From assembly GCA_963668175.1 (NCBI GenBank), contig OY764159.1, forward strand, positions 4,448,001 to 4,512,000: a stretch of 64,000 bases of DNA, in the 5' to 3' direction. Below, in pieces: positions 27,807 through 38,559 of this stretch. A model generated the notes under the pieces. That model had not been told where the DNA came from. It did not search any database and saw nothing but the letters and a program-made list of their open reading frames with translations. Origin of the DNA: Syntrophales bacterium (GTDB taxonomy: Bacteria; Desulfobacterota; Syntrophia; Syntrophales; PHBD01). The translations under genes and the position numbers were made by a program. Positions within the stretch are counted from its first letter, which is position 1; each line of letters opens with the position of its first letter.

Positions 27807-28560
27807 AAGACGTACAAGACCGAACATACCGTTCATCAGAGGGTTTTTTGCCGGCCTGTCGATCATAAAAAGGACAAAAAACCGGCAGCGGGGACGAGGT
27901 TTTGCCGCCTTGCTCCTCATCGTCTTCCTGATTTCGTGCAGCGGAATGCCCAAGCTAAGACCGGCTGATCCCAACATACTCCAGGATGTGAAAAAGCAGT
28001 GCCTGCGCCCCTTTCCCGAGAGTCCCTATCGGCTGATCCATTCCGTGGAGGCCTCGTTTTCAGGAGGAACGCAGATCCATCTTCTCGGCGTTCTGCTTGT
28101 CGACCCCGAGGCAAGGTCGCTTCGCAGCGTTATTATGACCATTGAGGGATTCGTTCTTTTCGACGCAGAACTCGGAAAGCTTGTGCAAATCAATCGGGGG
28201 GTCCCGCCTTTCGATTCGGTCGCCTATGCGGAGCATATGATGGAGGACCTCTGGCTCATGGTCTTCCCGCCTCCGGGGATATTGTCTGATGCCGGCTTCA
28301 CAGAGGACGGCTCTATGGTATGCCGGTTCCGGGATGCGGACGGAGCGACGACCGACATCAGCGTCGGCCGGGAGTCCGTCTGGTTCATCAGGCGGTATGA
28401 CAGACAAGATGTGTTGATTCGTACGGCGAGGGCTTCCCTTCTTAATGAAAACAACATCCCGGGACGCCTCGACTTGGAAAGCCACGGGTCCGGCGGATAT
28501 ACCCTGCATATGGCCTTGATCGGCGCGGAACCCGTCCCATCCGAACCCAATAAGCAATAA
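27778..28560 (+). CDS. Hypothetical lipoprotein (possible LolB-like partner); start uncertain
   Basis: Basic stretch, hydrophobic ALLLIVF and lipobox LIS-C. Fills the gap in the operon. Confidence 0.6.
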   Translation: MIRFLKKSARRRTRPNIPFIRGFFAGLSIIKRTKNRQRGRGFAALLLIVFLISCSGMPKLRPADPNILQDVKKQCLRPFPESPYRLIHSVEASFSGGTQIHLLGVLLVDPEARSLRSVIMTIEGFVLFDAELGKLVQINRGVPPFDSVAYAEHMMEDLWLMVFPPPGILSDAGFTEDGSMVCRFRDADGATTDISVGRESVWFIRRYDRQDVLIRTARASLLNENNIPGRLDLESHGSGGYTLHMALIGAEPVPSEPNKQ

Positions 28561-28573
28561 AAGGATTTTTCTC

Positions 28574-29842
28574 ATGAAATTCAGATTGATTTATCCCCGT
28601 TGGAAGAAACTGGCGAGACAGACCGAGTTTCACCTCCCGCCCCATGGTCCCGTTGTTTTTGCCGCAACGGTCCCGCCCGATATAGATGTTGAATTCATCG
28701 ATGAAAATGTCGAGCCTATCGATTTCGACACTCCCGTCGACTTCATCGGTATTTCCATGATGCTGACAAGCCAGGTGAAGCGGGGGTGGGAGATAGCGGA
28801 TATCTACCGCCAAAAGGGAATCAAGGTCATCGTGGGCGGGATCGCCGTCATGCTCCACGCGGAAGAAATGAAGGATCACGCCGATGCCGTATTCCTGGGA
28901 GAAGCGGAAGGACGCATGGAAGGCGTCTTCGACGATTTCAGGAACAACCGCTTACGAAAGGTTTACAATTACATGGGGGAGTTTCCGCCGATCGAGGCGG
29001 TCGGCCCGGCCCGACGGAGCATCCTGAACCGGGAATTGTACAACTATAAGGGCGTCCAGATGGTGGACTTGGTCCATACGTCAAGGGGATGCCGCTTCGA
29101 CTGTTACCCCTGTTGCGTAAGTTACCTCGGCGGCCGGAAATTCCGGCCCAGGCCGTTCGATAGAGTGGCGGAAGAGCTCGCCGGCATCGACAACAACCGC
29201 CTCTTCATTGTCGATAATTCCCTCGCCCAGGACAAAGAATGGGAAATGGGCCTCTTTCGGGAAATGATCCCTCTGAAGAAGAAATGGTGCTGTCATCCCA
29301 TCGAAAACGACGACCAGGTGCTGGACCTGGCCGCCCAGGCCGGGGCCTGGTACGTTTATCAGGCCATCTTCGATACATCCGATTACATAAAGGAACGGAT
29401 CAAACGTTATCACGACTACGGCATCGGAGTCGAAGGCACGATTCTTCTCGGCCTGGACGAGCATACGGAGGACAGCATCAAGAGGCTGATCGACTTTCTC
29501 ATGGAAGTCGAACTCGATCTGGCGGAATTCACCGTTTTGACCCCCTTCCCCCACACCCGCACTTTCGACGATCTGCACAGGGAAAAACGCATTCTCTCTT
29601 ACGACTGGAACGACTACACGGCAGACAAGGTGGTCTTCCAACCCAAGAATATGTCGCCCGATAAACTCCAGGAGCTTTACGGTTACGCCTGGGATACCTT
29701 CTACGGGGAAGAACCGCAGAATTACAAGATGTTCAGACTGTTCAAGCGGGTCATCGAGAAGGAGCGGGCCGACAATACCTTGAGACCCCGCCGGCGCGAC
29801 CTGACAGCCCGGAAATTCGGCCGCCGGGGGGAGCCGTCTTAA
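28574..29842 (+). CDS. Cobalamin-binding radical SAM protein
   Basis: N-terminal B12-binding region (DENVE, VGG, GEAE), SRGCRFDCYPC (CxxxCxxC), LTPFPHT. Confidence 0.9.
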   Translation: MKFRLIYPRWKKLARQTEFHLPPHGPVVFAATVPPDIDVEFIDENVEPIDFDTPVDFIGISMMLTSQVKRGWEIADIYRQKGIKVIVGGIAVMLHAEEMKDHADAVFLGEAEGRMEGVFDDFRNNRLRKVYNYMGEFPPIEAVGPARRSILNRELYNYKGVQMVDLVHTSRGCRFDCYPCCVSYLGGRKFRPRPFDRVAEELAGIDNNRLFIVDNSLAQDKEWEMGLFREMIPLKKKWCCHPIENDDQVLDLAAQAGAWYVYQAIFDTSDYIKERIKRYHDYGIGVEGTILLGLDEHTEDSIKRLIDFLMEVELDLAEFTVLTPFPHTRTFDDLHREKRILSYDWNDYTADKVVFQPKNMSPDKLQELYGYAWDTFYGEEPQNYKMFRLFKRVIEKERADNTLRPRRRDLTARKFGRRGEPS

Positions 29843-29904
29843 AAAATAGGATACGCTTTGGCTGTAAGCATGCTATAATACTTCAAAACAGGAGGGATTA
29901 TCGC

Positions 29905-31089
29905 ATGAAGAAGCCGTTATTGATCCTGGCGCACATTGCCTTCATGACCGTATGCCTGCTCGCTTGCGACTTTGCCGAAGCCGCCTCTCCGATGCAGGTG
30001 GAACCGCTCCACTCGACCCTCCGGAAGGGAGCGGAAAAGATATTCGATCTGGACACCCAGGGCGCCATAGCCCAATTTCAAAAGGCTGTGGATCTGGACC
30101 GGGAGAATCCCGTCGGCTATGCCTTCCTGACCCTGACATATCTTTTTGCCTATGAGACGAGTTTCGAGCAGAAAGAACGGGAAACGTATCAGGGGTTTAT
30201 GTTGCGTTACGCCGATCAGGCCGTAGCCCTGGGAAGCAAGAGGCTCGAAAAGCGGGCGGATGACGTCCAGGCCCATTATGCCATCGTATTGGCCAGGATC
30301 GCCAAAGTTCGCTGGGCGATCGGTCTGAAACGTTACACGGTTATCGTCCAGGAGACGTCCAACATCTGGGATTACTGCGAAAAGATCAAGAAAGAGGCTC
30401 CGCAGGATTTCGATGTTTACTTCCCGATGGGCCTGCTCCACTATCATCTCGACTTGCTGCCCGGTTTCAGCCGTTTCATCTCTTCCATCCTGATTACGAC
30501 CGGCGACCGCAAGAAAGGGATACAGGAATTGGAGACTGCCGCCCAGAAGGGCGACCTGCTGCGGGAACTCGCCCAGGCGGAATTGACATCGATCTATTCC
30601 AATTACGAGAATATGCCGCAACGGGCCCTGCCCTTGGCCAAAAAATTGAAAGACGCCTACCCGCGCAACTATAATTTCTCTTTTGCCCTTGCCAATACGC
30701 TGTCGGATATACACAGGTTCGACGAAGCCTTCGCCATCGCCCGGGAAATCGAAAAAGGCATTGTCACGAAGACCCCTCCTTATGTCGCAAAGCTCCAGTC
30801 CCGTTATGAACTGCTGATGGGAAGAATCCTCTTCAACCAGCAAAAATATGCTCTGGCGGTGGAGTATCTGCAGCGGGCCAAGCAGGATACCGCCCCGTAC
30901 AATGCCCGTATCAGGGCCTGGGCGCTGGTTCGCCTCGGTATGATAAGTGATGCCCGCAAGGAGAGAAGCAAGGCGCAGGAATACTATTCGCAGGCTCTGG
31001 ACGTGGAAGGGGGAGAAGGAGCCGCCCAGGCGGAAGCCAGGAAATACCAGAACACGCCTTACGTACCGCCGGCGCCCGAGAGCCGATAG
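29905..31089 (+). CDS. Exported TPR-repeat protein
   Basis: GGAGG RBS, signal peptide, repeated A..F.KA..LD / A.EY...A helical motifs. Confidence 0.75.
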   Translation: MKKPLLILAHIAFMTVCLLACDFAEAASPMQVEPLHSTLRKGAEKIFDLDTQGAIAQFQKAVDLDRENPVGYAFLTLTYLFAYETSFEQKERETYQGFMLRYADQAVALGSKRLEKRADDVQAHYAIVLARIAKVRWAIGLKRYTVIVQETSNIWDYCEKIKKEAPQDFDVYFPMGLLHYHLDLLPGFSRFISSILITTGDRKKGIQELETAAQKGDLLRELAQAELTSIYSNYENMPQRALPLAKKLKDAYPRNYNFSFALANTLSDIHRFDEAFAIAREIEKGIVTKTPPYVAKLQSRYELLMGRILFNQQKYALAVEYLQRAKQDTAPYNARIRAWALVRLGMISDARKERSKAQEYYSQALDVEGGEGAAQAEARKYQNTPYVPPAPESR

Positions 31090-31308
31090 CCATGCCGCAA
31101 TCCGGTGCGGCATAGCGGTCATCGTCGACGGAAAGATCGCATCCCTTCGCCATCCCGATCCGGGAAACGCTATAGAAGCGGTATTGCCGATGGATACAAC
31201 CGGTCTCAGTTCGATACGACCTGCGGGGAAAGGATGGGCCCAGACCGGGTCATCTGAATATTTCGGGGAAAGATATTCCTCAAGGGGTCCGTTTTCAGAT
31301 CGCGACGG

Positions 31309-32523
31309 TCAGCGTTCACGGAATTCGAACATGACCTTTTCGTAAGGGGCAAACATCATCTGGTACAGGTCCATGGCGTAGCGGTCCGTCATGCCCGAAA
31401 TGTAGTCCGTCAATACCCGTCTTTTATCGGATATGCTTCCCGCCTGCTCGTACCGCGTTTTCCAATGGCCGGGCAGCATCTCCGGCGCTTTTTCGAGGTG
31501 TTCGAATATCCGCCGAATGACCAGTTTGCCCTTTTCGTTCATGATGCAGACCTGCGCCTTCTTATAGACATTGTCGTATAGATAATCCTTCAGGCGGTTG
31601 AAATCCGCCCAGTCCTTGGCGGGTGCGGCGACAATGTCCATGGCCGTCCGTCTTACGTCCCCCACGGAGCGGATGTTGTAGCGTTTGAGGTTTCGCCGCG
31701 TTTCCCGGATGACCATCACATTGGCCTCTTCGATGAGCGTTCGGACGAGGAGCCGCGACTGCAGAACCGTATCGGATACGAGAAAGTTGCTGAACTGCCC
31801 GGTGCATTTCCTGAGCACCTTGTTCATCAGGGGATTATTCATGGCCCGGGCGTCGTCGATGCTGAGATACCCCGCATTGAGGGCATCTTCCAGATCGTGG
31901 GCGCAATAGGCCAGGGGATCGGCGATATTGACGGCCTGGGCCTCCAGGGAGGAATTGACATACCGGCCGAATTCGGCCGGCGGAACGGGATGGTCGTGAG
32001 TCGTCTTATGGCGGGCGATACCTTCGCGCGTTTCAAAGCAAAGATTGAGGCCGTCATAATCCCGGTAACGCTTTTCCAGGGAGTCGACAATCCTGAGGCT
32101 TTGAATATTATGCTCGAAGCCCCCGTCGTTTTTCATCAGTTCGTCAAGTTCCTCCTCGCCGGCGTGACCGAAGGGGGTATGCCCCAGATCATGGGCATAA
32201 GCGATGGCTTCACACAGGTCTTCGTTAAGGCCTAATACCCTGGCAAAAGTCCTCGCATGCTGGGCGACTTCCAGGGTATGGGTCAATCTCGTCCTGTAAA
32301 AATCGCCTTCCGTAATGAGGAAGACCTGGGTTTTGTACTGGAGGTCCTTAAAGGCCTTTGAATAGAGGATCCTGTCCCGATCCCTCTGAAAACACGTCCG
32401 GAAATCGTCGTGCTCGTCGCCATGGAGCGTTCTGCCGAGACTCCGGGCGCTCTTTGTCGCATAGAGGGCCAGGCTTTCCTCTTCAACCTTTTCAAGTCTT
32501 GCGCGAGGCGTTAATGTCCGCAA
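31309..32523 (-). CDS. dgt: Deoxyguanosinetriphosphate triphosphohydrolase (HD domain)
   Basis: FQRDRDRI, KTQVF, RTRLTHTLEV, HDLGHTPFGHAGE, DYISGMTDRYA. TTG start. Confidence 0.93.
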   Translation of the reverse strand: MRTLTPRARLEKVEEESLALYATKSARSLGRTLHGDEHDDFRTCFQRDRDRILYSKAFKDLQYKTQVFLITEGDFYRTRLTHTLEVAQHARTFARVLGLNEDLCEAIAYAHDLGHTPFGHAGEEELDELMKNDGGFEHNIQSLRIVDSLEKRYRDYDGLNLCFETREGIARHKTTHDHPVPPAEFGRYVNSSLEAQAVNIADPLAYCAHDLEDALNAGYLSIDDARAMNNPLMNKVLRKCTGQFSNFLVSDTVLQSRLLVRTLIEEANVMVIRETRRNLKRYNIRSVGDVRRTAMDIVAAPAKDWADFNRLKDYLYDNVYKKAQVCIMNEKGKLVIRRIFEHLEKAPEMLPGHWKTRYEQAGSISDKRRVLTDYISGMTDRYAMDLYQMMFAPYEKVMFEFRER

Positions 32524-32678
32524 CCGTTTCGTCCTTCGTCGTCATGATTCATGAAATGTAATGAAAAACTATCACCGCTTCATTCGTAAATCAATATCAA
32601 AAGGTGCGGCCTTTCCGGTTGACACGGATGACGAAATTCGCCATATGGGACGGGCGGTCAGATAAGGAGGAACAAGAC

Positions 32679-33854
32679 ATGGCTTTACCCCTGCAAGGCA
32701 TTCGCGTTCTCGATCTTTCGCAACTGTTGCCCGGCTCGCTCTGCACCCAGATGCTTGCCGATTTGGGCGCAGACGTCATCAAAATAGAACATCCGGAAAG
32801 AGGGGACAGTTTCCGTTATGTGGCCCCGTTCATCGGAAACTGGGGCAGTTATTTCCACATTGCCAACCGCAATAAGAAAGGTTTGTCTCTGAACCTGAAA
32901 ACAAAGGCAGGGCTCGAGATACTGAAAGCATTGGCGGAGAAGGCAGACGTCCTTCTGGAGAATTTCCGGCCCGGCGCCATCGGTAAAATGGGGTTGGGCT
33001 ATGAAGATTTGAAGCAGGTCAACCCACGGCTCATTTACTGTTCCCTGACGAGTTTCGGACAGGACGGACCTCACAGCGACCGGGCAGCACACGATCTGGA
33101 CGTCATGGGGCTGTCCGGCATCCTTGACCTCCTGGGCATACAGGGGCAACAACCGATTGTGCCGGTTGTACAGTTTGCCGGCGTGAGCGCCAGCCTGAAC
33201 GCCGTGATCGGTATTCTGACCGCCCTTTTTATGAGAGAGCGAACAGGAGAAGGACAGCACATCGACGCCTCCCTTCTCGACGGATTGACGCCCTTCTTAA
33301 GCCTTATCATGGCCCAATACATGACGGACGGGAAACTCCCGAAGCGAGGGGAAGCTAACCTGGGCGGAGGTTCCGTCACTTATAATGTCTATAAGACCAG
33401 GGACGGGAAGTACATTTCCCTGGGCTGCGTCGAAGAGAAGTTCTGGAAGGGCTTCTGTCAGGCAATCGACCGGGAAGACCTTGTCCCCGCCTGGTCGATG
33501 CCCGTAACCGATCAACAGGAGATCATGTCCGAGATAAGAATGATTGTTGCCGGAAAAACCCGGACGGAATGGCTTTCGCTCCTTTCGCAATTTGAAACCT
33601 GCTTTGCCCCGGTCAATGACCTGGAGGAGGCCCTTGCCGATCCGCAGGTTATTCACAGAGGACTCTGGTTCAAGGATCGACATCCCCACGGAGGCAGTGT
33701 CCCCCAACAGGGCTTCCCGGTCAAGTTTTCCTCCTTTACCCCCGGCTGGCGCACACCCCCACCGGACCTCGGCGAGCATACGGCGGAGATTTTGCGCGAC
33801 ATGGGATATTCGGAAGCCCAGATCGCCGCATGGGTTTCCAAAGGAATCGTCTGA
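32679..33854 (+). CDS. CaiB/BaiF family III CoA-transferase
   Basis: [54 protein letters not shown]. Confidence 0.93.
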   Translation: MALPLQGIRVLDLSQLLPGSLCTQMLADLGADVIKIEHPERGDSFRYVAPFIGNWGSYFHIANRNKKGLSLNLKTKAGLEILKALAEKADVLLENFRPGAIGKMGLGYEDLKQVNPRLIYCSLTSFGQDGPHSDRAAHDLDVMGLSGILDLLGIQGQQPIVPVVQFAGVSASLNAVIGILTALFMRERTGEGQHIDASLLDGLTPFLSLIMAQYMTDGKLPKRGEANLGGGSVTYNVYKTRDGKYISLGCVEEKFWKGFCQAIDREDLVPAWSMPVTDQQEIMSEIRMIVAGKTRTEWLSLLSQFETCFAPVNDLEEALADPQVIHRGLWFKDRHPHGGSVPQQGFPVKFSSFTPGWRTPPPDLGEHTAEILRDMGYSEAQIAAWVSKGIV

Positions 33855-33938
33855 GGAAACCGGACTGCCCTCTCCCGCCTGAAACCATCGTATATATTCC
33901 GGCCGTGCCCCCAACGCCTCCAAAGGACGCGGGTGGGA

Positions 33939-35081
33939 TTAAAAATGATCTTCCCGGTTGACCACCAGATGTTCACGTTTCTTCCCGTCGACGGCAGACC
34001 GCCAAGGGGTCGTCTGCCAATTGTCGCGGTAGCCGGTCTTGGGCAGCCATGGCGGCAGGGGAAAACGGAAAAAGCGGGAAAGCGAGCAGATATAAGGCTC
34101 ATAAAGCATCCGCAGTTCCGCAAGGTTGCTCGCCAGGATATCCTTGTCCGGCAGGGTCAGACCGGTAGAAGCAACGAGGGCATACAGGCGTTCGAAGTCG
34201 TCAGGAGGGAGTCGGTTGATCGTGCCATGGTGGGGAGGGCAGCTGTAAACCTGGGCCAAATCGACAATCGTGTGCCGCGTCATGGCAAAGGTGAAGCGGG
34301 CCTGATCGCTGCGGACTCCTTCCGTTGCCGCCATGATGATCGCACTGGCATCGAGGATGGCCGTGAGCGATCCCAGCCAGGACTGGTTGTCGTGATGCGA
34401 CCGGAAAAAGGCCAAAATCGGATAGGACAAAAGGCTCTCCAGAAGTTCGGCCGACCATCTTTCCCAATCGTAAAAATGGCGATCCAATTCCGTCAGGTCA
34501 TCCCGGTGGATATGGCGGAGCAGCATCTCGGTGGCCACAGGGGGCGATCCGGCATGAGAATCGAGGAGCGATACGGCAATCTCCCGCCTGGCGAACGATT
34601 GGTTAAGGAGAGGCAGATAGCTGATGACGAGAGCAAGAAATCCGAATCCCATTCCCGACTCCAACGCGGCGAGCCCCCGTCCCAAGGCTGTACCCGGGAC
34701 GACATCACCCAGCCCCAGAGTGAAGAACGTTGTCCCGCTCAGGTAAAGATACGTCCAAAAGCCGGCCGTTCCCTGCGGCGTTGCCAGGATCGTATCAAAG
34801 GCCCAATGCATGAGGGAGAAGCCCGTGATCAGCCCCGTCGCCCAGAGTATAATCAGTACGATGACCGAAAGGGGACCAAAAAAACCAAGGAAAGTATCCT
34901 GGCGGCGATGGGGTTTTATCATGCGTGCCAGGAACAGCCAAATGACCCAGGTGTATCGGAAATAGAGACGGGCCAGACGGAAACGGCGCGTCACCCGCCG
35001 GGGAAGGACCATGGTTTCAAAAGCGTCCCCCAGGATGATGACTATGAGAATCGTACCGACGATAAAAACGGCGATGTTCAA
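33939..35081 (-). CDS. Potassium-channel-family membrane protein
   Basis: TM helices flanking the pore motif YLSGTTFFTLGLGDVVP. Confidence 0.8.
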   Translation of the reverse strand: MNIAVFIVGTILIVIILGDAFETMVLPRRVTRRFRLARLYFRYTWVIWLFLARMIKPHRRQDTFLGFFGPLSVIVLIILWATGLITGFSLMHWAFDTILATPQGTAGFWTYLYLSGTTFFTLGLGDVVPGTALGRGLAALESGMGFGFLALVISYLPLLNQSFARREIAVSLLDSHAGSPPVATEMLLRHIHRDDLTELDRHFYDWERWSAELLESLLSYPILAFFRSHHDNQSWLGSLTAILDASAIIMAATEGVRSDQARFTFAMTRHTIVDLAQVYSCPPHHGTINRLPPDDFERLYALVASTGLTLPDKDILASNLAELRMLYEPYICSLSRFFRFPLPPWLPKTGYRDNWQTTPWRSAVDGKKREHLVVNREDHF

Positions 35082-35282
35082 GTTGCCACCGTCAATCCTT
35101 TACGTATTTTTGCACCGGCAGATGAGCCGTTACAATAAAAAAATACATCATGAGGTGATAGTGGTCAACAGAGAATCCATTGCAGAAAGATGATTTTCAG
35201 GATGAGTGAGATTCCTGTTTTCCTGAGGGAAGTATCGAGAACGTTCGAGAACCGCACCAGGTGATCAATGATCTGCGAAACG

Positions 35283-35314
35283 AAAAAAGCCGTCCCATCG
35301 TGAGACGGGACGGC
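35283..35314 (-). terminator. Intrinsic terminator
   Basis: GCCGTCCC/GGGACGGC stem with a 6-U tail on the minus strand. Confidence 0.75.
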
Positions 35315-35348
35315 CTCTTAAAACTGCCGGTGGTTTTTTTGGTGGGGA

Positions 35349-35747
35349 TCAACCGGCAGGATAACATTTTATCGATTTAATTTTATCGGACCATCCCTTC
35401 TCCCGGAAGTCCGGATAATTGCCCTCTCCCAAGGGGCCCAGTTTATTGCCCTTGCAGTCGGTATCCTCATAGAATTCGCACTTCAGGCCGCTTCCAATCC
35501 GTGCGGAAGAGATGGTACCCGAATAGCTTTGGGCCTTATCCTGCGCGACGTTTGGCGAATCATGCTTCTGCGGATGAAAGAGATCAGGTTCATACGTGCC
35601 CGAAGAAAGGGGAATAGATTCTCCTCCATACTGGCTCTGTCCATAAGCGGTGCCTCTTCCGAATTCGACCTGTTTCTGTGCTGACGCTGAACATCCCGCC
35701 AATCCCACAGCGACTATGACCACCAATGCCCATTTTAGAAGTTTCAT
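35349..35747 (-). CDS. Lipoprotein with beta/gamma-crystallin-like domain
   Basis: AGGAGG RBS, lipobox LAG-C, ISSARIGSGLKCEFYEDTDCKG…WSDKIKSIK Greek-key pattern. Confidence 0.72.
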   Translation of the reverse strand: MKLLKWALVVIVAVGLAGCSASAQKQVEFGRGTAYGQSQYGGESIPLSSGTYEPDLFHPQKHDSPNVAQDKAQSYSGTISSARIGSGLKCEFYEDTDCKGNKLGPLGEGNYPDFREKGWSDKIKSIKCYPAG

Positions 35748-36039
35748 TTTGTGACCTCCTCTTAACCTCTTATCTACGGCCTTCCCGGCGTCCGCCTTAC
35801 AGCCACGGGAACACTCCCGATAAGGCCGAGTCTACGCCCGGACGGCGTTTTTCGCCCTGCGGCCGCGGGATCAAGTCTGAAACCTCAACCCCACGGATAC
35901 CGCGCAACCGAAAGAGGCGATGAAGGAAACCGAGTCTCGGCCGTGCCTGTCCTTCTCTTATCGATCCCTTCCGCCGGCCTGTGCATGATTCCTTTCCGGG
36001 CAAATTCCCGGAGACCCGGTAAAGTCGAATGTCCGTATA

Positions 36040-36318
36040 TCATCGGACTTCGATCCAGACGGCATGTGAAACCAGGCCGTACTCTGCAAGGACGCTGCAC
36101 AGGGAGAGACCGGCGGCACTTCCCCATGGTTCTACCTGATCCGAATTCCAATAAATATGGATATTCAAGCCGTTTTCAGTCATGGCGTGACGGAACAGGA
36201 GGGTTCTCTCGATGCCGCTGTTCGGACCGATTTCCGAGATCAGGCCGGCGACCTTCTGATGCACAATCTCCCTGTTTTGCTCGGCGACCTGCATCATAAT
36301 AACCTCCAGCCATTTCAT
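36040..36318 (-). CDS. Small hypothetical protein (92 aa), sigma54-driven
   Basis: GAGGCGGAG RBS and sigma54 promoter upstream. MKWLEVI…YGLVSHAVW. Confidence 0.7.
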   Translation of the reverse strand: MKWLEVIMMQVAEQNREIVHQKVAGLISEIGPNSGIERTLLFRHAMTENGLNIHIYWNSDQVEPWGSAAGLSLCSVLAEYGLVSHAVWIEVR

Positions 36319-36353
36319 CTTCTCCGCCTCTCGGGTTCTTTTCACCTTATTGT

Positions 36354-36369
36354 CGCATAGACTATGCCA
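36354..36369 (-). promoter_or_regulatory. sigma54 promoter
   Basis: TGGCATAGTCTATGCG = GG-N10-GC. Confidence 0.7.
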
Positions 36370-36419
36370 CACAATATTATCCGTTATATCATATTGTTAC
36401 GAGAATGAATCCAACATTA

Positions 36420-36476
36420 TTGCGATTTTTCGCAGAACAAATTGCGCTATTTCACAACAAGTGCTATATTGCACAA
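36420..36476. promoter_or_regulatory. Three tandem 16-bp upstream activator sites
   Basis: TTGCGATTTTTCGCAG (36420), TTGCGCTATTTCACAA (36442), GTGCTATATTGCACAA (36461). Confidence 0.6.
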
Positions 36477-36603
36477 ATCGGGAAGGTTCTTCATCCCAGG
36501 AACTCCAGTGCTTCAAGGACAAAGTGATGTCTATCGCAATGCCGTATCCGGATAGAATAAAAATAGTATTTCCAATATCTTATATCTTCGGAGGAAACCG
36601 CCC

Positions 36604-38145
36604 ATGATTGATGAAAATGATTTCTTCCGTCAGATGACGATCAGAATCTGCGGCAGCCTCGATCTGGACAGATCCCTTCAGCATTCTCTGCTCTATCTGC
36701 GGTCGTTCATGCCGGTGGACGAGATTTTTCTTCATCTCTACGAACAAAGCCTGGGGGCCATCCGAACCATAGCCGCGGTGACGTCTGCAGACAGCAGGAA
36801 TCCGGAGAAGATAACCCTCCTGACCAGGGAAGGCCGAATGAGTCTGGAAAAACCAGGGGTGCAGAATGTGCGGATCGTCAACCGCCCCGAAAGCGATCCC
36901 GTGATCGCCAAGATAGCGGAATCGTTCCGAATACCCGGATCATCGGCATTAATCATGCGACTGGTCATCGAAGGCGCACGATTGGGGTCCATCGTCCTGA
37001 CAGCGGACGGGTTTGACCGTTACAGGGAAGAACATGCCCGGCTCCTCGCGCTCCTGAACGAACCTTTCGCTGTCGCCCTGTCCAACGCCCTGGCCTACCG
37101 TGAGGTCATACGGCTGAAAGATATGCTGATGGACGACAACCGGTATCTCCACGACGAATTGCTGCGACTGTCTTACGATACGATCATAGGAAGCGACTTC
37201 GGCCTGAAAGACGTCATAGCCATGGTCCAGAAAGTCGCGCCGCTGGAAAGCCCCGTGCTGCTTCTGGGAGAGACGGGCGTCGGCAAAGGGGTTATCGCCA
37301 GCGCGATTCACCAATTGTCGCCGCGAAGAAAAGGGCCCTTCATTACGGTCAACAGCGGCGCGATCCCGGAAACTCTCTTGGACAGTGAACTTTTCGGCCA
37401 CGAGAAAGGGTCGTTTACAGGCGCCTTCGAACAGAAGCGCGGCAGGTTCGAACGGGCCGACGGAGGCACCATCTTCATCGATGAAATCGGAGAACTTCAA
37501 CCTCAGGCCCAGGTCAGAATGCTTCGCGTTCTCCAGGACAAAGTCATCGAACGTGTGGGGGGAACGAAACCAATCCCTGTCGATATCCGCATCATCGCCG
37601 CCACCCATCGCAACCTTCAGGAGATGGTCCGTATGAATCAGTTCCGGGAAGACCTGTGGTTTCGGATCAACGTCTTCCCTATCCGGGTCCTGCCGCTTCG
37701 GGAAAGAAAAGGGGATATTCCGTCGCTCGTTTATTATTTTATCAACAAGAAGGCAAGGGAGCTGAAACTACCCGTCCCTCCCGAACCGGCGCATGACGCG
37801 GTTGAACGACTCATGAGCTATCACTGGCCGGGCAACGTCCGGGAACTTGAGAATCTTGTGGAGCGGGAAATGATCCTGAATCCGAAAGGCCCCCTGGATT
37901 TCAACATCCTAGAGTTTCAGGACGGCGGCTACGACCAGGCATCGCTGCTGACGCTTCCGGGGCGTCCCGTAAGGCTCGACGAAATAACCGCCAGGCATAT
38001 CCAAAACGTGTTACGAATGACCCATGGTGTCGTCCATGGAGCGGAAGGCGCTGCGGCCCTCCTCGGCATCAACCCCAGCACCCTGAGGAGCAGAATGAAG
38101 AAATTGGGAATATCCTACGGCAGGGGCACGAAGAGATACGTGTAG
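36604..38145 (+). CDS. sigma54-dependent activator (GAF-AAA+-Fis HTH; FhlA/NifA-like)
   Basis: N-terminal GAF-like region, [42 protein letters not shown]. Confidence 0.93.
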   Translation: MIDENDFFRQMTIRICGSLDLDRSLQHSLLYLRSFMPVDEIFLHLYEQSLGAIRTIAAVTSADSRNPEKITLLTREGRMSLEKPGVQNVRIVNRPESDPVIAKIAESFRIPGSSALIMRLVIEGARLGSIVLTADGFDRYREEHARLLALLNEPFAVALSNALAYREVIRLKDMLMDDNRYLHDELLRLSYDTIIGSDFGLKDVIAMVQKVAPLESPVLLLGETGVGKGVIASAIHQLSPRRKGPFITVNSGAIPETLLDSELFGHEKGSFTGAFEQKRGRFERADGGTIFIDEIGELQPQAQVRMLRVLQDKVIERVGGTKPIPVDIRIIAATHRNLQEMVRMNQFREDLWFRINVFPIRVLPLRERKGDIPSLVYYFINKKARELKLPVPPEPAHDAVERLMSYHWPGNVRELENLVEREMILNPKGPLDFNILEFQDGGYDQASLLTLPGRPVRLDEITARHIQNVLRMTHGVVHGAEGAAALLGINPSTLRSRMKKLGISYGRGTKRYV

Positions 38146-38219
38146 CGTCAGAACTGTTCTGGTGCGTTCCGGAACGCCTGAGAAAGCTTCCCGTCATCGA
38201 AGAAGCATCAAGAACCCCC

Positions 38220-38262
38220 CAAACGAAAATCGGGGATTCGGATTATAATCCGAATCCCCGAT
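38220..38262 (-). terminator. Terminator of tRNA-Leu (perfect 34-bp palindrome)
   Basis: ATCGGGGATTCGGATTATAATCCGAATCCCCGAT (38229-38262), followed by TTTCGTTT on the minus strand. Confidence 0.75.
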
Positions 38263-38288
38263 CTCTGTGAGAAATCCCACTCTATCTA

Positions 38289-38375
38289 TGGTGCCGAAGC
38301 CGGGATTTGAACCCGGACAGGCCTACACCCACTAGACCCTGAACCTAGCGCGTCTACCAATTCCGCCACTTCGGC
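38289..38375 (-). tRNA. tRNA-Leu (anticodon CAG)
   Basis: GCCGAAGTGGCGGAATTGGTAGACGCGCTAGGTTCAGGGTCTAG…GGTTCAAATCCCGGCTTCGGCACCA, with long variable arm and encoded CCA. Confidence 0.97.
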
Positions 38376-38559
38376 AATGATGTCCAAGGAACTGCAAACT
38401 CAAGGGCTCTCTACAACGACGTAAGGTTGGTTGTCAAGGAAAAATGACGGCTGTCGCCGCCGCCGGCTCATTTGATCCGATCAAAAACACCCTTGATATT
38501 CATGGAATAAATGATTAAGTTAGCGCGGCAAATAAACAAAGCAAAGGCAAGCATTATCC

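Noticed and set aside
29917..31122. 401-aa minus-strand ORF
   Set aside because: Shadow of the TPR gene, which has the RBS and signal peptide.
31309..32523. dGTPase as an anti-phage system
   Set aside because: Housekeeping-type sequence with no defence or mobile-element context.
33933..35138. 401-aa plus-strand ORF
   Set aside because: Shadow of the channel gene.
35748..36039. Riboswitch upstream of the crystallin-like lipoprotein
   Set aside because: GC-rich, but I recognise no c-di-GMP, cobalamin, TPP or other consensus.
32600..38290. Genomic island integrated at tRNA-Leu
   Set aside because: No integrase and no duplicated tRNA 3' end found beyond chance 8-mers.
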